DNA from: Acidothermus cellulolyticus 11B
GTDB lineage: Bacteria > Actinomycetota > Actinomycetes > Acidothermales > Acidothermaceae
Assembly (NCBI RefSeq): GCF_000015025.1
Contig: NC_008578.1
Coordinates: 150,001-182,000, forward strand
Reading direction: 5' to 3'
Length of the DNA: 32,000 nucleotides
The notes beneath the pieces were generated by a model. That model did no database searches and was not told the origin of the DNA. It saw only the letters and a program-made list of their open reading frames with translations. Each line of letters begins with the position of its first letter. The first letter of the stretch is position 1. The position numbers and the translations under genes were made by a program. This document shows positions 26,023 through 32,000 of the stretch, piece by piece.

Positions 26023-26495
26023 CCGAGATGTTCGCACACCTGGATGCATCCGGCGCGGCTCGCATGGTGGACGTGTCGGCGAAGGATGTTTCGGTTCGGA
26101 CGGCGACCGCGGTGGGTTTCGTGCGGACGAATGCCCGCGTCGTCGAGTTGCTTCGCGACAACGCCTTGCCGAAGGGGGATGCGCTTGCCGTCGCCCGGAT
26201 CGCCGGCATACAGGCGGCGAAACGCACTCCGGAGCTCGTTCCGCTGGCGCATCCAATTGCGCTGCACGCCGTGGATGTCGACGTCGCGGTCACCGACGAC
26301 GGGGTGTCGATCCGCGCGTCGGTTCGGACGGCGGACCGCACCGGCGTCGAAATGGAGGCGCTCACCGCGGTAGCCGTCGCCGGGCTCGCCGTGATCGACA
26401 TGGTCAAAGGTGTGGATCCCGCTGCGGTTCTGACGGATGTGCGGGTGGAGGAGAAGCATGGCGGGAAGTCCGGGCATTGGCGGCGGGGGTCGTAA
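26019..26495 (+). CDS. moaC: Cyclic pyranopterin monophosphate synthase accessory protein MoaC
   Basis: MVDVSAK..S.R.A.A, KGDAL.VARIAGI.AAK.T.ELVPLAHP and TGVEMEALTAV boxes. The start overlaps the moeA stop (ATGA). Confidence 0.9.
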   Translation: MTEMFAHLDASGAARMVDVSAKDVSVRTATAVGFVRTNARVVELLRDNALPKGDALAVARIAGIQAAKRTPELVPLAHPIALHAVDVDVAVTDDGVSIRASVRTADRTGVEMEALTAVAVAGLAVIDMVKGVDPAAVLTDVRVEEKHGGKSGHWRRGS

Positions 26496-26630
26496 CGAGG
26501 CTGCGCCCGGCGGCTCGGTCGGGCTCAGCGACGCCGCTCCGCTGCTGAAGTATCGCGGCACGATATGCCGTGTCGGCGGGCCGTTATTCGGCAGCGGGCC
26601 CTTGCCCGGTAGCGTTTGTCAGGTTCTGCA

Positions 26631-27143
26631 ATGCCGCGCGCACTGGTGATAACGGTCTCGACGCGAGCGGCCGCCGGCGTGTATCCGGACCGCAGCGGCC
26701 CGGTGCTGGTGGAACTGCTCCGCGACGCCGGATGGCAGGTCGACGGCCCGGACATTGTGCCCGACGGCGAACCCGTCGGCAGCCGGCTGCGCGCGGCGGT
26801 CGCCGCCGGTTACGACGTCGTCCTCACCACCGGTGGCACGGGAATTTCCCCGACGGATCGCACTCCGCAGCTCACCGCCGGTGTCCTTGACTATGAGATT
26901 CCCGGCATCGCTGAGGCGTTGCGGTTGGCCGGGTGGCAGAGCGGTGTGCCGACGGCGTTGCTCTCCCGCGGTGTCGCCGGGGTCGCCGGCCGTACGCTCA
27001 TCATCAACCTGGCTGGGTCACCCGGCGCGGTTCGGGACGGCATGCGGGTCATCGGGCCGCTCCTCGACCATGCGGTGTCGCAGCTGCACGGCGAGGATCA
27101 CGTGTCGGCCGAACCCGAGCCCGATGCCGAGGAGGGACGCTGA
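26631..27143 (+). CDS. MogA/MoaB-family molybdenum cofactor biosynthesis protein
   Basis: ALVITVSTRAA.G...D.SGP and the hallmark TTGGTGISPTDRTPQ. The ATG at 26631 is preferred over the start at 26616. Confidence 0.85.
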   Translation: MPRALVITVSTRAAAGVYPDRSGPVLVELLRDAGWQVDGPDIVPDGEPVGSRLRAAVAAGYDVVLTTGGTGISPTDRTPQLTAGVLDYEIPGIAEALRLAGWQSGVPTALLSRGVAGVAGRTLIINLAGSPGAVRDGMRVIGPLLDHAVSQLHGEDHVSAEPEPDAEEGR

Positions 27144-27190
27144 TATCCGTGTGCCGTTTTTGCGGGACGGCGCGCCGTGGCGGTGCCGTG

Positions 27191-27273
27191 GGACACCGTG
27201 ACATGGCGGCCGGACACGGTGGTGGTGCCGCCGGACACCGTGACGGTGCGCCGGGACGCCCTGGCGGTGGCGC
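27191..27273. repeat. Imperfect 21-bp-period repeats with a GGACAC core upstream of the GNAT gene
   Basis: GGACACCGTGACA at 27191, GGACACGGTGGTG at 27212 and GGACACCGTGACG at 27233, with a degenerate GGGACGCC at 27253. Confidence 0.8.
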
Positions 27274-27294
27274 GGGATCGCAGGTGAGCCGTCG

Positions 27295-27933
27295 ATGAGC
27301 AAGGGCTGGCCGGTCGAATTGCGCTACGGCGCCCTGTTGTTGCGTCCGTTACGGGTGCGGGACGCGTCGGCGTGGCGGACTGAGCGGCTGCGGAACCGGG
27401 ATTGGTTGGCGCCGTGGGAGGCGACTGCACCGTCGGCTCGGCGGGCGGCCGAGGGGGAAGGCTATGTCGAGACCGTGCGGGCGCTTCGCCGCGAGGCGCG
27501 TGCCGGCTTGAGTTATCCGTTCGCACTGGTGATGGACGGCGAATTTGCCGGTCAGATCACGGTGAGCGGCATCACGCGCGGCTCGGTCTGCTCGGGGGCC
27601 GCCGGGTACTGGATCGCCCGGCGTTTCGCCGGCCGGGGCATTATGCCGACGGCGTTGGCACTCGTCGTCGACCACTGTTTCGGGCCGGGAGGCTTGCACC
27701 GGATTGAGGCGAATATCCGGCCGGAGAACGCGGCGTCGCGGCGGGTGGTCGAGAAACTCGGTTTCCGGTTGGAAGGGACCCGGGTGCGGTACATCCACAT
27801 CGCCGGTGCGTGGCGTGACCACCTGTGTTACGCGCTTACCGTAGAGGACGTGCCGGAAGGGGTTCTCGCCCGTTGGCTTGCCCGCGGCGGTGGAATCCGT
27901 CCCGCTGCAAGCGACATCGCCTCTCCCGCCTGA
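27295..27933 (+). CDS. GNAT-family N-acetyltransferase (RimJ/RimL-like)
   Basis: LRPLR..DA..W....N..WL.PWE N-terminal pattern and a Q/RxxGxG/A-type acetyl-CoA loop (RRFAGRGIM), then NAASRRVVEKLGFR.EG. Confidence 0.8.
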   Translation: MSKGWPVELRYGALLLRPLRVRDASAWRTERLRNRDWLAPWEATAPSARRAAEGEGYVETVRALRREARAGLSYPFALVMDGEFAGQITVSGITRGSVCSGAAGYWIARRFAGRGIMPTALALVVDHCFGPGGLHRIEANIRPENAASRRVVEKLGFRLEGTRVRYIHIAGAWRDHLCYALTVEDVPEGVLARWLARGGGIRPAASDIASPA

Positions 27934-28091
27934 CCGCCGCCTCTCCTGACCGCCAGCAGCATCGCCTCTGCGATCGCGGCATCTGTCCGTGACCGTGCAT
28001 CGGTTCCGTGACCGGGGCATTCCGTGTCTGACCGTGGGTGTTGGGTCGGGAACTTTCCGGAACCGATGGGTTTGACCCATGGTGGCGGGTC

Positions 28092-28145
28092 GATGCCGAC
28101 GCGATGCGGCCCAGCAGAGATGCCGACGCGATGCGGCCCAGCAGA
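28092..28145. repeat. Perfect 27-bp tandem duplication x2
   Basis: GATGCCGACGCGATGCGGCCCAGCAGA at 28092-28118 and 28119-28145. Confidence 0.95.
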
Positions 28146-28220
28146 AAATTCCGCTCAAAGTCGCGACACACCGGCGTACTGCATCGTCACATCCGTCACT
28201 CCTGTCTACCGTGACGGATT

Positions 28221-29090
28221 GTGACCGGCATCATCATGGGCGGCATTGTCGCGCTGTGGATTGTCGTTCTGGTGCCGATGTGGCTGCGCCGGCATGAGGC
28301 AGAGGACGCAAGCCGCAGCATGGAGGGATTCTCGACGGCGATGCGCGTGCTCGCCGAGTCTCCGCGGTCGGCGCTGCCGCGCCGCTATCGCGCCGAGAGC
28401 CGCCGCCGTGAGATTCTCATGCCTCGACGGGAGAATTGGGGGCCTACCGTGGACAACCACCCGGATGTCGTCGTCCGCCGCAGCCGCGCTGTCACCGCGC
28501 GGGAACGTCGGCGGCTCGCCCTGCGTCGGCGTCGGCGGTTGACGGGCCTTTTCGGTCTCTTCCTTGCTGTGACGGCGACGTGCATCGTCGGATGGACGTC
28601 GTGGTGGTTGGAGCTGGCCGTCGTCCTCGCCCTTGTCGGCTACGTCGTTCACTTGCGGACGGAGGTGATTCGCCGGCGGGAGATTCAGCGGCACCGACGG
28701 CGATCGTCACGTGTGTCGACTCCGGCCGTTGCGCGCGACGAATCCCCCACCGATGCAGATACCCAGGTACTCCCTGGAGTGCCGGCGGATGTGTTGCCTC
28801 CGCTGACCAGTCCGGTAGGGACGGCGAACGGTTCGCGGTGGGAACCGGTCCCGGTGCCGCTGCCGACGTACGTGTCCAAGCCGCCCGCCAACCGGCCGGT
28901 GGTCAGCGCCCCACGGGCGGACGTCGAATCCGCGACGATCGACCTTACCCGTCCAGGGGAGTGGTCGGCGCAGCATGCCACCGGGCGGCGGCACTTGCTC
29001 CTGGATGAGACGGGGGATGACGCCGCGATCGCATCGCCGGCCGCTGAGGACGATCTCGATCGGATCATGCGCCGGGTCGTCGGTGAGTGA
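28221..29090 (+). CDS. SepX/GlpR-like divisome membrane protein
   Basis: N-terminal TM plus basic box (GIVALWIVVLVPMWLRRHE....EGFSTAMRVL), a second hydrophobic hairpin (LTGLFGLFLAVTATCIVGW..LELAVVLALVGYVVHL) and a disordered C-terminus. This matches my recollection of the SepX/GlpR family and its position after rimJ. The start is GTG 28221 or ATG 28236. Confidence 0.65.
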   Translation: MTGIIMGGIVALWIVVLVPMWLRRHEAEDASRSMEGFSTAMRVLAESPRSALPRRYRAESRRREILMPRRENWGPTVDNHPDVVVRRSRAVTARERRRLALRRRRRLTGLFGLFLAVTATCIVGWTSWWLELAVVLALVGYVVHLRTEVIRRREIQRHRRRSSRVSTPAVARDESPTDADTQVLPGVPADVLPPLTSPVGTANGSRWEPVPVPLPTYVSKPPANRPVVSAPRADVESATIDLTRPGEWSAQHATGRRHLLLDETGDDAAIASPAAEDDLDRIMRRVVGE

Positions 29091-29158
29091 TCACCCAGTG
29101 CGGCCGCTGGGCTGATCAACTTTGGTGGCACTGCCTCATGTCAGCCGGGTGCAGCCTC

Positions 29159-29235
29159 TGGTGGAGCTGACGGGATTTGAACCCGTGACCCCCTCGATGC
29201 GAACGAGGTGCGCTACCGGACTGCGCTACAGCCCC
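29159..29235 (-). tRNA. tRNA-Ala (anticodon CGC), CCA encoded
   Basis: The reverse complement is GGGGCTGTAGCGCAGTCCGGTAGCGCACCTCGTTCGCATCGAGGGGGTCACGGGTTCAAATCCCGTCAGCTCCACCA. It has the G3:U70 Ala identity pair, anticodon loop TTCGCAT and T loop TTCAAAT. Confidence 0.9.
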
Positions 29236-29335
29236 AACGACGCCTCAGCGTACCATCGCTCCGCCGGCCGATCACGCGGCCGGCGTCGGCCCCCGGCCCG
29301 GCGGCTGGATCGCCGGGCGGCAGGCGGCGGCTCGC

Positions 29336-30922
29336 TTACGAGCCATTGCTTTCGCTCCAGCTGTTGAACCACATTTTGTGCTGCCATTCGACGAACGGAA
29401 TTGTCTTCCCGGTCAGGATCGGCAGGAAATAGAAGAAGAGAAGCACCACGATGAGGACGTACGAACCGGCGACCGTCGCGCCGACCAGGCGGCGGGCCGG
29501 TGTCGCATCGGCCGGGCCGAGAACGTAACCAATGGCGACCGCGAGAGCGATGCAGATGAAGGGGAGCAGAGGCAGGGCGTAGAAGTAGAACATCGTTCGG
29601 TGGAAGGTGAAGAGCCACGGAACGTACAGGCAGACGAAGGGAACCAGCAGCGCGCTGCCGCGCCAGTCCCGGCGCAGTACTAAATACGCCATGAAAAGCA
29701 TCACCGGAATGGACGCCCACCAGATGGCCGGCGTCCCCATGTCGTAGATCATTTGGGCGCAGCCGGCGGCCGCGTGGCATCCCTGATTGGGGGCTTTCGG
29801 GTACTCCGCGTAGTAGAGCACCGGTCGGGTTTCGAAGAGCCACGTCCAGGCATTCGACCGGTAGCTGTGGTACGAATCCAGGTGCAGGTGGAAATTCAAC
29901 GCTTCCGCGTGATAATGCCACAAGCCGCGGATCGGATTGCGAATCCACGCCGGCACCCACGCCCAGCCCGGGCGATTGTTCGCCCAATCACGGTCCCAGG
30001 CGTATTTCCCGGTGTTGACGAACCAGCCGGTCCACGAGATGAGGTACGTGGCGAGCGGAACGAGAATCGTTGTCGCAAAAAGCCCGGGAACGTCCCGAAC
30101 CGCCGTCGTGAGCGCCGGACGGGGCAGGCCGGCTGCCCGCCGTGCGCCCATCGTCCAGACGGAGGCGAGAACGCCGAATGCCGGGAGCAAGTAGACGCCG
30201 TCCCACTTGGTCGCGCAGGCGGCTCCGAGGCAGAACATCGTGGCGATGAACCACCAGCGGACGCCGATGTGCGGCTGTTCGGCCGATGACGCGCCGCCGC
30301 CGGTGGTGTCCGCCGCCCGGATCCGAGCGGCCGACCATGCAGCCAGCCGGGCCCGGACCTGGTCGCGGTCGAGGATGAGACAGGCAAAAGCCGCCACGAT
30401 CCAGAACATCAGAAAGATGTCCAGCATCGACGTCCGGCTCTGTACGAATTCCAGGCCGTCGAGGCTGAACAGCAGCCCGGCGACGCACCCCAGCAGGGTC
30501 GAGCGGGTCATCCGTCGGGCGGTGCGGGCGACGATGAGGACGGCGAGCGTCCCGACAACCGCGGCACTGAACCGCCAGCCGAGACTGTTGTCGCCGAAAA
30601 TCCACTCACCAAATGCGATCATCCATTTGCCGAGCGGCGGATGGACGACATAGCCCGGCCCGTTGTCGGTGTTATTGAGCTCGACACCGTGGGTGAGGAG
30701 GCTGTGCGCGTCGTGCGCGTAGTACACCTCGTCGAAAATCTTGGAGCTCGGATAGCTCAGATTGTGGAACCGGAGATATCCGGCGAATGCGGTGATGAGC
30801 AACGGCCCAACCCAGCCGACGACCGGGTTGCCGGCGAACGCGGGGGCCAGGCGGTCGCGGATTACCCGTGCCTGGGTGCGCGATGCTACGAGCGGGGCCG
30901 GCGGGGAGAGCGTCACGGGCAC
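29336..30922 (-). CDS. pmt: Dolichyl/polyprenyl-phosphate-mannose protein O-mannosyltransferase (GT39, Pmt)
   Basis: Polytopic membrane protein with the loop-1 DE motif (IFDEVYYAHDAHSLL) and a HPPLGKW box. Position and size match my recollection of actinobacterial Pmt (Rv1002c-like). Confidence 0.8.
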   Translation of the reverse strand: MPVTLSPPAPLVASRTQARVIRDRLAPAFAGNPVVGWVGPLLITAFAGYLRFHNLSYPSSKIFDEVYYAHDAHSLLTHGVELNNTDNGPGYVVHPPLGKWMIAFGEWIFGDNSLGWRFSAAVVGTLAVLIVARTARRMTRSTLLGCVAGLLFSLDGLEFVQSRTSMLDIFLMFWIVAAFACLILDRDQVRARLAAWSAARIRAADTTGGGASSAEQPHIGVRWWFIATMFCLGAACATKWDGVYLLPAFGVLASVWTMGARRAAGLPRPALTTAVRDVPGLFATTILVPLATYLISWTGWFVNTGKYAWDRDWANNRPGWAWVPAWIRNPIRGLWHYHAEALNFHLHLDSYHSYRSNAWTWLFETRPVLYYAEYPKAPNQGCHAAAGCAQMIYDMGTPAIWWASIPVMLFMAYLVLRRDWRGSALLVPFVCLYVPWLFTFHRTMFYFYALPLLPFICIALAVAIGYVLGPADATPARRLVGATVAGSYVLIVVLLFFYFLPILTGKTIPFVEWQHKMWFNSWSESNGS

Positions 30923-30932
30923 ATCGTAGGGG

Positions 30933-32000
30933 TCAGGAGAAGGTGACGCCCGCCGACGTCGGCGCGAGTTCCACCCACGCCCGCCCAGGCCGGAGCGGAA
31001 TCACCCGCCCGGCGTTGTCGCGGATCACCATGGGTGCAGTGAGCGACGAACGGCTCCACCGGCCGGCGATCCGCACGCCGTCGCGCAGCACCCAGCAGTC
31101 ACCGGAGCCGATGACCGTCGGCCACGGTTCGACCGCACCGGTGACGTCGCGAATACCGCTGTCCCGCAGGGTGACCCGGAGAATAACCACGTCGGTGGCC
31201 CAGACCTGGCTGCCGTCGGTGAGGATGTCGGCCCGTCCGTCCTGCCACCGCAGGTAACGCTGGCCGTCCCAACGCCAGTCCGCGGTCGCGGCGGCGAACC
31301 GGACGACGGCCTCCTGCGTTGGCGTCCCCGCTGCGGGAGCCGGAGAATACGTGAAGATTTGATGCGGCGGACCCATCGTCGGTGCGAGCTGCTCACCCCG
31401 TGCGTACAGCCTTGTCGTCGAATCGAAGATCTCGTGCGGAATCGGTCGCCCCGGGAGCTTGATGAACAGGCTGTTGTCCGCGTCGAAGGACATCAACACT
31501 GCGGTCGAATTCGCTTTGACCGGAGCGATTTCCAGATTGTTCGCACCGGAGTACGCGAAGTAGCCGCCGCCGAGGAGCCGGAGCAGGTCGCCGTCCACCG
31601 GGCGTGCGGACCGGATCGGCCCGACCAGGGCGGCGTCCTGGGACTGGAAGACGACGAACAGCCGGGTCAGTCCACCCTCGACCGGGGTGTCAACGACCAG
31701 ATCCGCGTTGTTCAAACCCGCTTGCGGGAACGAGCCGGCGACGTTGTCGACTTTGATGGCCAGCGACGGGCGGGTCGCGTTGGGACCGCCGGCGGGCATC
31801 CCGGTCAGTGGGAAGACCTGCAGCGGTGACGCGACGGCCGGCGACGGTGCCGGCGTCAGCGTGGTCACATCGGACGAGCTGTGGCCGGACGCCGACGGCT
31901 GGGCCGCTGACCGGTTCTGGTGCGGTGCTGTCGCGCATCCGGCGAGCAGTGTGCTGCTGATCACTGTGACGAGGAACGTCAACGAGCGGTGATGCGGTCG
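30933..32000 (-). CDS. DUF3048-domain lipoprotein (N-terminus probably beyond the window edge)
   Basis: Lipobox LLAGC. PSLAIKVDNVAGSFPQAGLNNADLVVDTPVEGGLTRLFVVF is typical of DUF3048. The frame stays open to position 32000 and the TTG at 31982 is a weak start. The stop lies 10 nt before the pmt start. Confidence 0.7.
   Translation of the reverse strand, partial: RPHHRSLTFLVTVISSTLLAGCATAPHQNRSAAQPSASGHSSSDVTTLTPAPSPAVASPLQVFPLTGMPAGGPNATRPSLAIKVDNVAGSFPQAGLNNADLVVDTPVEGGLTRLFVVFQSQDAALVGPIRSARPVDGDLLRLLGGGYFAYSGANNLEIAPVKANSTAVLMSFDADNSLFIKLPGRPIPHEIFDSTTRLYARGEQLAPTMGPPHQIFTYSPAPAAGTPTQEAVVRFAAATADWRWDGQRYLRWQDGRADILTDGSQVWATDVVILRVTLRDSGIRDVTGAVEPWPTVIGSGDCWVLRDGVRIAGRWSRSSLTAPMVIRDNAGRVIPLRPGRAWVELAPTSAGVTFS

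Noticed and set aside
24694-26256. 520-aa minus-strand ORF across moeA/moaC
   Set aside because: It is antisense to two strongly motif-supported Moco genes, with a basic, proline-rich composition typical of a GC artefact.
27018-27302. 94-aa minus-strand ORF with heptad-like His/Arg repeats (PRHRQGV, PAHRHGV...)
   Set aside because: The periodicity simply reflects the 21-bp DNA repeat. The ORF overlaps the 3' end of the mog/moaB gene (26631-27143) on the opposite strand. Its composition is implausible for a real protein.
28024-28224. 66-aa ORF containing the 27-bp duplication (MPTRCGPAE x2) as a repeat peptide gene
   Set aside because: By my hand count third-position GC is only moderate, well below the neighbouring genes. 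There is no RBS, and it ends at the start of the SepX/GlpR-like gene, so it is more likely non-coding leader.

Overview
Visibly high-GC, gene-dense chromosomal segment that looks actinobacterial (GC not computed). About 29 protein genes and 2 tRNAs, nearly all core or housekeeping. In order: LacI-family tail, DoxX-Rieske fusion, neocarzinostatin-fold lipoprotein, 3-hydroxyacyl-CoA dehydrogenase, aldo/keto reductase, DinB/TIGR03086-like protein, UbiA-family prenyltransferase divergent from a photolyase, ABC-2 exporter pair, tRNA-Arg(CCT), purU, a small conserved protein, mscL, a SAF-domain protein, MTA phosphorylase, ftsH plus hsp20, an FmdB zinc-ribbon protein, a hypothetical, a CPA1 K+/H+ antiporter, 5-formyl-THF cyclo-ligase, a HAMP-GAF-GGDEF diguanylate cyclase, galU-moeA-moaC-mog, a rimJ-like GNAT, a SepX/GlpR-like membrane protein, tRNA-Ala(CGC), a protein O-mannosyltransferase and a DUF3048 lipoprotein. 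From memory, 18.3-31 kb is syntenic with the M. tuberculosis Rv0990c-Rv1002c block, with lineage-specific insertions. I found no mobile element, integrase, CRISPR array, toxin-antitoxin pair or recognisable defence system, and I cannot honestly point to a clear new multi-gene system. The points most worth a second look are: (1) the galU-moeA-moaC-mog-rimJ-glpR/sepX cluster, which places both halves of a gephyrin-like protein next to a divisome receptor gene. (2) An ftsH-hsp20 pair outside the canonical ftsH context. (3) Locus-specific tandem duplications and phased short boxes in at least eight intergenic spacers, including an octamer array at about 10 bp spacing and a repeat that copies a gene's stop-codon context four times. 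(4) Two unusually long repeat-rich non-coding tracts flanking tRNA-Arg. All family assignments are from motif recognition by eye and need HMM/BLAST confirmation.
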